Shown one piece after another: positions 39,360-55,268 of a DNA stretch of 64,000 nt (the stretch's first letter is position 1; the number at the start of each line of letters is the position of its first letter). Source of the DNA: a virus. The DNA is taken from IMG/VR virus record IMGVR_UViG_3300042375_000684. One strand, written 5' to 3'. The notes beneath the pieces are model-generated. The model was given only the letters and a program-made list of their open reading frames with translations, ran no database searches and had not been told where the DNA came from. The translations under genes were made by a program, and so were the position numbers.

Positions 39360-40985
39360 ATGCCAACAAGAATAAAACTCAAAAGAACTGGTGTCCCCGG
39401 TAGAGTTCCAACTACAAATCAGTTGGCACTTGGAGAGCTTTCAGTTAATACTTATGATGGTAAAATATCTCTCAAGCGCAGACAGGGTGAATTAGAAGAG
39501 ATAGTTAATTTTATCTCTAGCAATCCAGTTGAGAATGTCATATATGTTCAAAAGAATGGAAGTGATGCAAATACTGTTTCTGGATCAACGTGGGATGAAG
39601 CTTATCTTACTATAGAGAGAGCAGTAGATGCTGCTTGGGCACGAGACGGGCTTTTAACACTTATAGATATCGGACCGGGTGAATATGAAACGCGCGGAAA
39701 TATTGATCTTCCTGATGATTGTATTGTAAGAGGTGTTCATAGATCTGTTATTGTTAAGCCAGAAAGTGGTTTTGAAGAAAACAATGTATTTGGATTAGGT
39801 TCAGGTTGTTTTGTCGAAGGAATACTTTTTGAAGGTTGGAGACTTGATGATTTAGATGATCCAACGGTAGGGTTTGCTTTCTGTTTTAGACAAGGCTCTG
39901 TGATAAGAAGAGCCCCTTATGTTCACAAATGTGCTGTAAGAACTAATCCTTATTGGGACAATGTCGCCCCACCACTCGATCGAGAAAATGGAAATCCATT
40001 AGTAGGCCGTGGTGCTGGTGTAGTTATAGCAGATGGGTCTGTGTGTTCACAATACTCAATTTATCCGAATATTATGACATGGGGAGCAACACCTGTAAGT
40101 CACAACGGTATTGGATATGTTGCTAAAAATGGCGCGCTGATAAATGCTGTCAATGCCATAAGTATTTGGGCTCATAAACACTTTTTAGCTTTATCTGGTG
40201 GCCAAATAATACTTTCATCATGTTCTACTCAATTTGGCGATTACACTATGGTTTCAAGTGGAAGTAGAAATATTATAGTACCAACAGAAGTACCTGAAAA
40301 TACTTTAACAATACAAACTACAGCATCAACTGCGATTGATACAGCTACAAGTACCATCATAAATAATATGTGGAATAGTTTAGTAGCACAAAATTATACA
40401 GTTGGTTGGAATGCTGAAGATGAAGCATTCACAAGAAGAGATGCTGCAACACTTTTACAATCTTTAGAATGGGTTCTTCAAACCGCTAATCAAAAACCAA
40501 TGCTCGATTTTGCAAAAGGTTTATTTGATACAAATGGTAATAAAGCATATAATTTAGATAAAGAAGAAGCTTTTATATATTCATTTACGTTTATGCGAGA
40601 TGCAATACTTGCATTACCAAACGTAAATAACAGTGCTGACAGTATAGTATCAGCACTAGTCGCAGCTCTTATTAATACAATCGAAAATCCGGTCACATCA
40701 ATACAACCATCTACTATTACTGCAATTAGTCATACTTGGACTGCTATTATGGCAGGTGTTGCACTTACAAAGATACCACCTGCAAGAAATGAAACTAATA
40801 TTGAAGAAAGTATATTAGAATTAAATAATGGTGTTGTAATAGCATCAGGGCAAGATGATCAAGGCTCTGCACTCTTTATTGGTGGTATGAAGATTGATGC
40901 AGATACTGGTGAATTAACAGGCCCGCCATTTGAACAAGCAGTTAATAGAATAGCAACAAGAACCGCCATCGCAAGGAGCTTTTAA
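39360..40985 (+). CDS. Mtd-N-like anchor + beta-helix structural protein (paralog of 19055..21232)
   Basis: MPTRIKLKRTGVPGRVPTTNQLALGELSVNTYDGK N-terminus; IYVQKNGSD....W.EAYLTIERA; shared blocks with 19055..21232 to the C-terminus. Confidence 0.7.
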   Translation: MPTRIKLKRTGVPGRVPTTNQLALGELSVNTYDGKISLKRRQGELEEIVNFISSNPVENVIYVQKNGSDANTVSGSTWDEAYLTIERAVDAAWARDGLLTLIDIGPGEYETRGNIDLPDDCIVRGVHRSVIVKPESGFEENNVFGLGSGCFVEGILFEGWRLDDLDDPTVGFAFCFRQGSVIRRAPYVHKCAVRTNPYWDNVAPPLDRENGNPLVGRGAGVVIADGSVCSQYSIYPNIMTWGATPVSHNGIGYVAKNGALINAVNAISIWAHKHFLALSGGQIILSSCSTQFGDYTMVSSGSRNIIVPTEVPENTLTIQTTASTAIDTATSTIINNMWNSLVAQNYTVGWNAEDEAFTRRDAATLLQSLEWVLQTANQKPMLDFAKGLFDTNGNKAYNLDKEEAFIYSFTFMRDAILALPNVNNSADSIVSALVAALINTIENPVTSIQPSTITAISHTWTAIMAGVALTKIPPARNETNIEESILELNNGVVIASGQDDQGSALFIGGMKIDADTGELTGPPFEQAVNRIATRTAIARSF

Positions 40986-40987
40986 TA

Positions 40988-41452
40988 ATGGCTAGAATTA
41001 CTTGTAGAACACCTTCTACTGGAAAATCTCTTAGACTCGCACAAAGTAATATAGATAATACTTATGTTGTTATTGCAGAAGCTCCAGATTTTTCAGTTCC
41101 AGATGCATCAAATAAATTTACAGAGCGCGATCCTACTGATGTTGGAAGAGCTATTAGACCAGGTGAAATATTTTTCTTAACTCCATTAGCCGCAAGAAAT
41201 AAAGATACCGAAACGAGATGGTTTGAAACTATTTTAGTAACAGAGGATTTTGAAACAATCGAGATTGGAAAAGTAGAAGTACCTGCTGGTGATACGGCTT
41301 TTATCCCTCTACAAGGTAGAAGTATCTTTAAACGAATAGCTAATACTGTTATTGGTGATACGGTTCAAGTTCGTGCAGAAGTTTCAAATGTGTTTGATAT
41401 TTGGATTGCTGCGGAAGAAAAACTATCAAGCGAGCACGTTGGAGTAGTTTAA
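40988..41452 (+). CDS. Small structural partner protein (paralog of 21229..21675)
   Basis: Same position and motif pattern as 21229..21675. Confidence 0.55.
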   Translation: MARITCRTPSTGKSLRLAQSNIDNTYVVIAEAPDFSVPDASNKFTERDPTDVGRAIRPGEIFFLTPLAARNKDTETRWFETILVTEDFETIEIGKVEVPAGDTAFIPLQGRSIFKRIANTVIGDTVQVRAEVSNVFDIWIAAEEKLSSEHVGVV

Positions 41453-41457
41453 ATTAA

Positions 41458-46997
<5,540 letters not shown>

Positions 46998-47001
<4 letters not shown>

Positions 47002-47402
47002 CAACGGTTAATTTAAGTGCGCTTTTAGATGGGAATTATCTAGGATTTACTGGTTCCATAGGCTTTACTGGGTCAGTCGGGTTTACTGGATCTATAGGTC
47101 CTACTAATATTCCAGTAAATTCGCAAGCAGCTGGATATACACTCCAAGCTTCAGATGTGGGTAAATACATTAATATAACAAGTGGAAATGTTACAGTTCC
47201 GTCTGGAATATTTTCAAACGGTGATGTTGTAACTGTATTTAATAATAAAGGTAGTACAATGTCCATTTTGGCAAGCGGTGTCACCCAATACTTTGCAGGA
47301 ACAAACATTACAGGAACTTTAACATTGTCTCAAAGAGGTCTTGCAACTATTTTATGTGTAGGAACTAATATATTTGTAATATCCGGTGCAGGATTGTTTT
47401 GA
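46998..47402 (+). CDS. Short GFTGS-bearing adapter protein 1
   Basis: Few GFTGS triplets then a ~90-aa domain ending GLATILCV...ISGAGLF; paralogous to the C-terminus of 48070..48741. Confidence 0.65.
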
Positions 47403-47403
47403 T

Positions 47404-48045
47404 ATGGTATCAGTAGTTTCACAAGCCATAAGTATGAATAGAGTACCTGAAATTTCTGCAGTTGGTTATGATGCAGCATTTAGTTATTCTGCTGCAAGCT
47501 TTTCATTTACAGCCGGTGCAGCTGGTTCGTTCACATTAACACAAGCATCGGAACCATATCAAAAATTTATAGTTTTAACAAGAATTGTAAAGGCATCTGG
47601 TCTAACTATAAGTAATTTAGCATTATCAGTGCAAGGTTCTGCTGGATTGAATATAGCAACAATTTCAAATAGTACTAATACTCTCTATATGCACTATATA
47701 AATCACCCAAGAACTAATGGTGCATTTTCCTCATATAGTATGTCTTTAACGGGACTCTCAGGACAAACACCTGGATCTATAAGTTTAGTAAGTAGAGTGT
47801 ATATTTTAGATGGAGGGTCTGGTCCACAAGATGTGCAAACTAATACAGATAGTGCCTCACATGTTTTAGGTGCAGGAGATTTTATAAACAGCAAAGCTGC
47901 TATTTTTGCAATTACATCTGGTACATCAATCACTGGTATTACAACACAGGCATCTAATCCGACCACAGGTGCTGAAGTATTTACATCTGGCTCTACAGTT
48001 AATTTATCTACAACCGGCATAATGATATCCGGAGTTTTTAAATAA
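47404..48045 (+). CDS. Hypothetical beta-rich (Ser/Thr/Gly-rich) virion head domain
   Basis: ATG 47404 directly after the adapter stop; no recognisable family. Confidence 0.55.
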   Translation: MVSVVSQAISMNRVPEISAVGYDAAFSYSAASFSFTAGAAGSFTLTQASEPYQKFIVLTRIVKASGLTISNLALSVQGSAGLNIATISNSTNTLYMHYINHPRTNGAFSSYSMSLTGLSGQTPGSISLVSRVYILDGGSGPQDVQTNTDSASHVLGAGDFINSKAAIFAITSGTSITGITTQASNPTTGAEVFTSGSTVNLSTTGIMISGVFK

Positions 48046-48069
48046 ATAATCATATACATGGAGATATGA

Positions 48070-48741
48070 ATGACTACTAATTTATCAGATTTTTTAAGTA
48101 GTGGGTATGCAGGTTTTACTGGGTCAATTGGTTTAATTGGTGTTAGTGGTTCTTACGCAGCAGTGGGGTTTACGGGATCGGCAGGTTTCTTGGCAGATAC
48201 ATCAAACACCGCACCTTTTACTACTACAGATGGTCATATGTGGTTTGATACCACCGATCTTTCTCTTTCAGTACTATACAACGATGGTGATAGTCTGCAA
48301 TGGATTACTGTTACTGGCGCAAGAGGATTGACTGGGTATACTGGATCACTTGGTTTTACTGGAAGTAAGGGTGACATAGGATTTGTAGGTAGCCAAGGGC
48401 CAGCTGGTGGTTTTACAGGTAGCCAAGGATTTACTGGCAGTGCAGCACCAACAGGCATACCACAAAGCAACAACGTCGTTGTACTATCTTCTGATGCCGG
48501 AAAACACGTAAACACTACTGCAAATGTAACAATAAACACGTCAACATCGTTTTCAATCGGGGATATGGTTTCTTTTTATAACTCGTCTAATACTGCTATA
48601 ACTATTGTCTCTACTGGAGTTACTCTACGTCTAGCAGGAACTTCAACTACTGGAAATAGAACATTATCTAAATTTGGGTTGGCTACTGCTTTATGTGTTA
48701 ATGCCAATGACTACGCAATTTCTGGTGCCGGTATATCATGA
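48070..48741 (+). CDS. Short GFTGS-bearing adapter protein 2
   Basis: GHMWFDTTD....LYNDGDS.QW motif, short collagen, C-terminal domain ending GLATALCV...ISGAGIS. Confidence 0.65.
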   Translation: MTTNLSDFLSSGYAGFTGSIGLIGVSGSYAAVGFTGSAGFLADTSNTAPFTTTDGHMWFDTTDLSLSVLYNDGDSLQWITVTGARGLTGYTGSLGFTGSKGDIGFVGSQGPAGGFTGSQGFTGSAAPTGIPQSNNVVVLSSDAGKHVNTTANVTINTSTSFSIGDMVSFYNSSNTAITIVSTGVTLRLAGTSTTGNRTLSKFGLATALCVNANDYAISGAGIS

Positions 48742-49454
48742 CAATACAACAAATGCTCCTATGCATAGGTAGCCTAGTAACTGATGGTTTGCTAGTTTAT
48801 TTAGACGGTAGTACTAGTAGTTATCCTGGGAGTGGTACTGTTTGGAATGATATTTCAGGTAATGGAAGAAATTTTAATCTGTTAAATGCTCCTACATTTA
48901 CAAGTGACTATTTTACAATGAATGGAACTACTCAAGGTTTTGATATTGGTTCTGCAATTACTACAGTAACAGATTCTTTTACTTATTCTATGATAGCAAT
49001 GCCAACAGCAACTCATGGCATAGACGCAGAAAGCACCAGCGGTGTTACTGGAACCTCAGGTCAAAGATATTTAGTAGGTGCTAATCAAGGTGGCGCCAGT
49101 GCAGCAGGTGCTGGTATATCTTGTGGAACAAACGGTGTGTCTGTTTATGAGCATGCTGATGGTTATATGCCGCCTTTGCTTGTACACAGCGCCACAATAT
49201 CTAGCACAACACCTACTCTTATAACTGTTGTTTATTTAAATAAGAGACCTTATTTGTATTTAAACGATGTATTTGCTAGACAAGGGCTAACTAGTCCTAG
49301 GACAGCAGTAAACATGAGAGGAGATACTCTTGGATACGGGCCTTATGGATACTTTCAAGGTAGAATTTATACCTGTCAAATGTATAGTAAAGCACTTTCT
49401 ATTTCTGAAATTTCACAAAACTATGAGTTTTTTAAAACAAGGTATGCGATATAA
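48738..49454 (+). CDS. LamG/concanavalin-A-like lectin domain protein
   Basis: VTDGLLVYLDG..SSYPGSGTVWNDISGNGRN and YFQGRIY..QMYSKALS.SEI.QNY. Confidence 0.8.
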   Translation: MTIQQMLLCIGSLVTDGLLVYLDGSTSSYPGSGTVWNDISGNGRNFNLLNAPTFTSDYFTMNGTTQGFDIGSAITTVTDSFTYSMIAMPTATHGIDAESTSGVTGTSGQRYLVGANQGGASAAGAGISCGTNGVSVYEHADGYMPPLLVHSATISSTTPTLITVVYLNKRPYLYLNDVFARQGLTSPRTAVNMRGDTLGYGPYGYFQGRIYTCQMYSKALSISEISQNYEFFKTRYAI

Positions 49455-49613
49455 TGGGCATTTGGAGTTTACAGGCACAATATCTTTATAAAGTACCAAC
49501 AACCGTTTTTTCTGATAAGAATCTACATCAATACAGGTTATATAGAAGTTTCTGAAAAGCCACCAATTACGAATAATCAAATTCTATATAGGAACCCAAA
49601 CAGATCCGTATAA
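49454..49613 (+). pseudogene. Possible degraded gene remnant (33-codon ORF plus overlapping +1-frame fragment)
   Basis: TAATG-coupled ORF 49454..49555 (MGIWSLQAQYLYKVPTTVFSDKNLHQYRLYRSF); +1 frame reads NTGYIEVSEKPPITNNQIL, similar to the G[FY]V...KP....Q.L motif of chaperone 50723. Confidence 0.35.
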
Positions 49614-49640
49614 CGCAATTTGACCATAATAAAAGGATAA

Positions 49641-50720
49641 ATGATGTCAATAAACTTTCCCAACAGCCCCAGTGTAAACGACACATATCAGTTTAATAAT
49701 CTAGTTTTTGTCTTTGACGGAACTAAATGGAAAGTTGATGGGCAACTATCGTATATACAAGATGCAATACAATATATTCGTTCTGGAACACAAGCAGAGC
49801 GACCTACCGTGTCTGCAGCTACAATTTACTATAACACTGATCTTGAAGGGTTAGAATTTTATTATCCTGATATTGATACATGGGAAGTAGTTTCTACATT
49901 TGCAAAACAAGTTGATCTAACTGCTGACAGCGGTCAGCTTGCTTATACCAGCCCAGGTACATATTCTTTTGTGTGTCCCGCAAACGTATACCAAGTTTAC
50001 GTTGTTTGTGTTGGCGGCGGGGGTGGCGGATATCTTTCTGCTTCTGGAGGTTCCGGCGGTGGCGGCGGCGGTTTGGCCTGGTTAAATAATATACCAGTAA
50101 CACCTGGGAGTAGTTACACTGTTGTTGTAGGTTTGGCGGGGCAATCGGGCGGAACACCCCAAGCGGGCGGAACCAGCTATTTTATTTCAGCATTAACTGT
50201 AGCAGGTGGCGGCGGCGCAGTCGCCGCCGTTGGCTTTTCCGGCGCGAGCGGATCAGGTGGCAGCTTTACTACTACTATTGGCCCCGGCGGCGGTGGGTTT
50301 GGCGGTATCGGAGGACAAAATACAATCGGCAACTACTGCGGCGGCGGCGGGGGTGCAGGCGGCTATACTAGCAATGGAGGCGCAGGAAGCGGCTATAACA
50401 CTGCAGGATTAAATGGAAATGGCGGTGGTGGTGGCGGCGGTGGGGGAACCAGCGCCATCTCCGGCCTTGGTGGTTCGGGCGGTGGCGTTGGAATTTTAGG
50501 TGCTGGAATTAGTGGCACCGGCGGCATGGCCGGCAACAACGGGTCGCGCGGTGGCGGCGGGTCTGGAGGGGTTGGTGGCGGTACACTCAACACGGGCGGT
50601 GCATATGGCGGCGGCGGCCCCGGTTCAGACGGCACAGCTTCCGGCGGGGGCACCGGCGCCGTTCGTATCATATGGGGTCCAGGTCGCTCGTTTCCCTCTA
50701 CTAGTACAGGAGATGTATAA
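49641..50720 (+). CDS. Glycine-rich adhesin with AT-rich anchor and GC-rich head
   Basis: INFPNSPSVNDTY...FDGTKW anchor; YTSPGTYSFVCPANVYQVYVVCVGGGGGG...GAVRIIWG glycine-rich domain. Confidence 0.7.
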   Translation: MMSINFPNSPSVNDTYQFNNLVFVFDGTKWKVDGQLSYIQDAIQYIRSGTQAERPTVSAATIYYNTDLEGLEFYYPDIDTWEVVSTFAKQVDLTADSGQLAYTSPGTYSFVCPANVYQVYVVCVGGGGGGYLSASGGSGGGGGGLAWLNNIPVTPGSSYTVVVGLAGQSGGTPQAGGTSYFISALTVAGGGGAVAAVGFSGASGSGGSFTTTIGPGGGGFGGIGGQNTIGNYCGGGGGAGGYTSNGGAGSGYNTAGLNGNGGGGGGGGGTSAISGLGGSGGGVGILGAGISGTGGMAGNNGSRGGGGSGGVGGGTLNTGGAYGGGGPGSDGTASGGGTGAVRIIWGPGRSFPSTSTGDV

Positions 50721-50722
50721 TA

Positions 50723-51103
50723 ATGCTAGTTTCATATAAAACTGCACAACCACAAAAATTACCTATTGAGCATGTCGGAAAAAGTGAGCAAGAACTGAAT
50801 GTTCTTGGATTTGTCATTTGTACTGTAAAACCATCATACATTCCAGGACAAAAATTGTGGTGGGAAAATAATCAATGGACTATACAAGATCCAAATGAAT
50901 CTGAACTTGCGATTCAATGGCAAAAAATAAAAACTGAATCTGAAAAACACTTGGCTGAAACTGATTATAAGGTGATCAAAGCATACGAGTTACAAGTACC
51001 AGTTAGCCCTGAATGGGTCGAGTATAGACAAGCTCTTCGCGACATTTACAATAACGTGGCGGGCCTGAACCCGTTTGCGGTCGATTGGCCACAAAAACCA
51101 TGA
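50723..51103 (+). CDS. Tail fibre assembly chaperone
   Basis: LAETDYKVIKAYE...EWVEYRQALRDI...VDWPQKP. Confidence 0.78.
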   Translation: MLVSYKTAQPQKLPIEHVGKSEQELNVLGFVICTVKPSYIPGQKLWWENNQWTIQDPNESELAIQWQKIKTESEKHLAETDYKVIKAYELQVPVSPEWVEYRQALRDIYNNVAGLNPFAVDWPQKP

Positions 51104-51118
51104 GCTCTTATAGATAAA

Positions 51119-51126
51119 TATAAATA
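51119..51126 (+). promoter_or_regulatory. T4-type late promoter TATAAATA heading glyco cluster B
   Basis: Exact consensus in the gap before 51161; SD GAGGA follows. Confidence 0.8.
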
Positions 51127-51160
51127 CCATTGATTAACTTTTACGTGATGAGGATATATT

Positions 51161-54100
51161 ATGAAACTTGCAATAATAGACAAAATAGGTTTATGCTATG
51201 ATGGAGATACTCTTTCTAAACAAGGACTCGGAGGCTCTGAATCCGCAGTCATCCTTATTTCAAAAGAACTTTCAAAAATCGGATTTGAGGTCACCGTATA
51301 TAATAACTGCAAGGACGGCTCGAACTCAAAACCAGGACTTTATGATGGAGTCCGATATGTCGATAACTCCGATGCTAAATTTGATGAAACAGACTACGAA
51401 GCCGTAATTGTTTCTAGAACTGTAGTACCATTTATTTCTAATGATTGGCCGTTTATACACAAAGCAAAGAAACGTATTCTTTGGTTACATGATACATTTA
51501 TAGAAGGTGATAATCTATTAGAAGATCTTGTTGTCTCTGGAAAAATAGATCACGTATTCACACTTTCTGACTGGCACACGTCATATATACTTACCTGTCA
51601 ACACGGCAAGAAACGAAACCACGAAGTACTTAAGAAATCAATATTTCAAACTCGTAATGGCGCCGTTTGCCATATTCCAGAAGTAGATCTATCAAAGAAA
51701 GATCCAAATCAATTTGTCTATAATGCATCGGCAACAAAAGGTATGTTGCCTCTAGTAGAACATATTTGGCCAGAGATAAAGAAAAGAATCCCAGAAGCAA
51801 AACTTTCTATTATTGGTGGTTACTATCGGTTTCGTGATGGAGCTGAACCTGATGCTCAAGAAAATACAGTTTCACAACTTGCCGCAAGAGAAGACTTAAA
51901 AAACCTCGGAATTACATTTACTGGAGTAATTCCACAGCATGAAATAGCAGAGATACTTGCAAAATCTTGGATGATGCTTTATCCAGGTGCATTTCCAGAA
52001 ACATTCGGAATTTCATCCCTTGAATCACTTCTATACAAGACACCTCTTGTCACCACAAGATTTGGTGCACTCGAAGAAACAGCAATAGATCTTGCCTGTT
52101 ATCATATTGACTATGCAATTGAACCGAATGTTTTATTTCCACATATTGATAAAAAAATTCAGGTGCAAAAGTTCTTAGAAACTTTCTTTGCTGCATATAA
52201 TAACCCATATCTACACCAACAAAAACAAAATTACTGCGATATTGTCAAAGATGTTACAGGCTGGAATACAGTTGCACTACAATGGAAACAGTTTCTTTAT
52301 TCGATACTTGGGAATTTTCTTTCAGTAGATGATTATAGAAAAGTCACTCGAATCAACCAAAAAGTAGCTCGTGTCTTTGGAAGAACAGGAAATATGCCTG
52401 CTAATAAACAGTATAGTTCATCTGAAGATCAGAAACGAATTGTAGTTATATCACCTTTTTGGAATGCAGAAAACTATATTCGAAAGAATATATTATCAAT
52501 TGCTACGCAAGATTATAATAACTACGTGCATATTCTAATAGATGATAATTCAGATGATAAGTCCTTTCAAGTAGCAAAAGAGACTATTAATAGTTTACCA
52601 GAAAAACTTCAGAGTAAATTTAGATTAATTCAAAATTTAGAAAATATCGGTGCTATTGCAAATCAAATAGCTGGTATTAGTCATTGCACCATGGATGATA
52701 TTGTTATGTTATTAGATGGTGATGATTGGTTAATAAACAATAACACACTATTTCACTATTATAATGATCTATATGCACAAGGTTACGAATTTACATATGG
52801 ATCTATGTGGTCTCTAACAGATAATATCCCATTAATAGCTCAAGAATATCCAATTGATGTTAAAAAGAATAAAAAATATAGAACACATCAGTTTAATTGG
52901 AAAATTCCATATACACATTTAAGAACATGTCTTAGCAAACATTTCTTTTCACTTGATATTGAAAAATTCAAAGTAGATGGAAAATGGATGAAATCAGGTC
53001 ACGATAATCCGCTATTCTATGAATTAATCGAGAAGATAGAGCCAGAGAAAATATACTGTAATAGAGAAATAGTTTGCAATTACAATGATTTAAACCCATT
53101 AAATGATTACAAGATAAATGGTGTTGAGCAAAATAGAAATGCAAATATGTCATATAGTAAAAAATTCTCAGTCATAGTTCCGACAATGTGGCGGTCTAAA
53201 CCACTATTCAATAAATCACTTGAAAGATTGGTCCAGCAAGATTTAGTCGGTGAAATTATAGTAATAAATAATGATGTAATCCACACACCTGATTGGATTG
53301 TACTACAAAATCCAAAAATAAAAATGCTAAATCAAGAGGCTAACATAAAAGTTAACCCTGCATGGAATTTAGGTGCAAAAGAAAGTTCTTATGATATAAT
53401 ATGTATAATAAATGATGATCTTTCATTTGATCCAATGTTATTTAATAAAATTTCTAATCACATCAATGACAAGATAGGTGTGTATGGATTTATAGTCGGT
53501 GGTCATAAATATAATCAACCAGAATTAACAGATGGTTCAATAGATCTAATAGAATGGTCACAAGATAAATCTGCTTATGGGTTTGGTCAACTCATTATAA
53601 TGAATAAAAATGATTGGGTTCCAATACCTGAAGGTTTGGACGTATATTTCGGTGATGATTTTATCTTACATAATACTATAAACTCTGGAAAGAGTGTATA
53701 TCTAATATCAAATATAAATTACGAGGAAGATTTTGGTGCAACATCAAGAGATCTTGACATATGGAAAGAATCCCATGATAAAGAAAAGCCAATCTTTGAA
53801 AAATGGTTAAAGGGTGATAAACACAAAATGAATAAAAAAATTCTTATTGCAATACCAACAAATAAGTATATTGAAGTAGAAACATTCAAAAGTATTTGGG
53901 ATTTAGAAATACCAACTGGTTATGAAGTTGAGTTTCAGTACTTTTTCGGGTATCAAGTAGATCAAATACGAAATCTAATTGGAGAATGGGCTAAAAGATA
54001 TGATTATCTATTGTCCATAGATTCAGATATTATAATTCCAAAAGATGCACTTAAGAAAATGATTGCTGCTGACAAAGACATAGTTACTGGAATGTATATT

Positions 54101-54532
54101 CAACGAATACCAGATACTCATACTCTTGAGATATACATGGTAGATCCAACCGGTGGCATTATTAATATCCCTCATAATTTAATTAAGATACATAATGGTT
54201 TGGTTGAAATAGCAGCCTGTGGATTTGGTTGCTGTTTAGTAAAAAGTGATGTATTCAGAAAAATGGAATACCCACATTTCTATTATCAATCTGCAATAAA
54301 TCATAAAGATACAGTATCAGAAGATATCTATTTCTGCAAGAAAGCAAGAGATAATGGATTTAAAGTTTGGGTAGATACAACTATTACATGCGATCATAAA
54401 GGTTCAACTTTCTTTAAAGTTAAAAGTGAAGTTAAACCAATAGAAATTCCAAAACAAGTAGAAGTTAAAAAAGATGAAACTGGTGTGACTGTAATACCTG
54501 ATAGTTATAGAAAAGAGAGAATCTTTAAATGA
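51161..54532 (+). CDS. Four-domain glycosyltransferase (GT4-like GT-B + three GT-A/GT2-like domains)
   Basis: GLGGSESAV and PETFGISSLES (GT4); VISPFWNAE...LIDDNSDD...LLDGDDW; FSVIVPTMW...IINDDL; ILIAIPT...SIDSDI. Confidence 0.82.
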   Translation: MKLAIIDKIGLCYDGDTLSKQGLGGSESAVILISKELSKIGFEVTVYNNCKDGSNSKPGLYDGVRYVDNSDAKFDETDYEAVIVSRTVVPFISNDWPFIHKAKKRILWLHDTFIEGDNLLEDLVVSGKIDHVFTLSDWHTSYILTCQHGKKRNHEVLKKSIFQTRNGAVCHIPEVDLSKKDPNQFVYNASATKGMLPLVEHIWPEIKKRIPEAKLSIIGGYYRFRDGAEPDAQENTVSQLAAREDLKNLGITFTGVIPQHEIAEILAKSWMMLYPGAFPETFGISSLESLLYKTPLVTTRFGALEETAIDLACYHIDYAIEPNVLFPHIDKKIQVQKFLETFFAAYNNPYLHQQKQNYCDIVKDVTGWNTVALQWKQFLYSILGNFLSVDDYRKVTRINQKVARVFGRTGNMPANKQYSSSEDQKRIVVISPFWNAENYIRKNILSIATQDYNNYVHILIDDNSDDKSFQVAKETINSLPEKLQSKFRLIQNLENIGAIANQIAGISHCTMDDIVMLLDGDDWLINNNTLFHYYNDLYAQGYEFTYGSMWSLTDNIPLIAQEYPIDVKKNKKYRTHQFNWKIPYTHLRTCLSKHFFSLDIEKFKVDGKWMKSGHDNPLFYELIEKIEPEKIYCNREIVCNYNDLNPLNDYKINGVEQNRNANMSYSKKFSVIVPTMWRSKPLFNKSLERLVQQDLVGEIIVINNDVIHTPDWIVLQNPKIKMLNQEANIKVNPAWNLGAKESSYDIICIINDDLSFDPMLFNKISNHINDKIGVYGFIVGGHKYNQPELTDGSIDLIEWSQDKSAYGFGQLIIMNKNDWVPIPEGLDVYFGDDFILHNTINSGKSVYLISNINYEEDFGATSRDLDIWKESHDKEKPIFEKWLKGDKHKMNKKILIAIPTNKYIEVETFKSIWDLEIPTGYEVEFQYFFGYQVDQIRNLIGEWAKRYDYLLSIDSDIIIPKDALKKMIAADKDIVTGMYIQRIPDTHTLEIYMVDPTGGIINIPHNLIKIHNGLVEIAACGFGCCLVKSDVFRKMEYPHFYYQSAINHKDTVSEDIYFCKKARDNGFKVWVDTTITCDHKGSTFFKVKSEVKPIEIPKQVEVKKDETGVTVIPDSYRKERIFK

Positions 54533-55233
54533 GTGAATACAATCGTGAATATGCAATGAGTGAGTTTCAACAGCATGGTGAAACTTGGATCCAAAATAGA
54601 TTTAATGGGCAGTTTAAAACAATATTTGATGTTGGATCTAATATCGGTGAATGGACAAGAATGACTCGATCATTTCAACCAAATGCTGATATACACATGT
54701 TTGAAATAGTTCCTGATACTTACAGTAAAATGCTTAGAAATATTGAACTAGACAATAAAATGATTCCGAATAGTTTCGGTTTACTAGATAAATCTGGCCC
54801 TGTGCCAATGAAGCATAAAACCGAATATGATTCACTCAGTACAATAGTTACAGATTTAAGATTAGATGATAGTATTCCGATAAATGGTCTTGCATTTACA
54901 GGTGACGATTATGTTGATAGTCGTAGACTTGAAATGATAGATTATCTAAAAATAGATACCGAAGGTGCAGAAGGAAAGGTATTTAAAGGGTTTGAAAAGA
55001 CGCTCAAAGAAGGTAAGGTTAGAATTATTCAATTTGAATATAGTTTCATATGTGTGCTTACCAAATGGATGTTAATAGATAGTTACAATTTCTTGGAACC
55101 ACTAGGATTTAAATTGGGTAAGTTAAAACAAGACAGCATAGAGTTTCATGACTATACTCTGATAGATGAAGATTTTAAAGGTCCAGAATATGTAGCAGTT
55201 CATCAAAATTCTTGGCACCTGTTTGGGTTATAA
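54529..55233 (+). CDS. FkbM-family methyltransferase
   Basis: IFDVGSNIGEW, MFEIVP, IDYLKIDTEGAE, IIQFEY. Confidence 0.88.
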   Translation: MSEYNREYAMSEFQQHGETWIQNRFNGQFKTIFDVGSNIGEWTRMTRSFQPNADIHMFEIVPDTYSKMLRNIELDNKMIPNSFGLLDKSGPVPMKHKTEYDSLSTIVTDLRLDDSIPINGLAFTGDDYVDSRRLEMIDYLKIDTEGAEGKVFKGFEKTLKEGKVRIIQFEYSFICVLTKWMLIDSYNFLEPLGFKLGKLKQDSIEFHDYTLIDEDFKGPEYVAVHQNSWHLFGL

Positions 55234-55236
55234 ATA
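55229..55236 (+). promoter_or_regulatory. T4-type late promoter TATAAATA overlapping a stop codon
   Basis: Exact consensus 33 nt upstream of ATG 55269. Confidence 0.65.
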
Positions 55237-55268
55237 TCACAATATAATTGAATAGAGGTGACTATACT

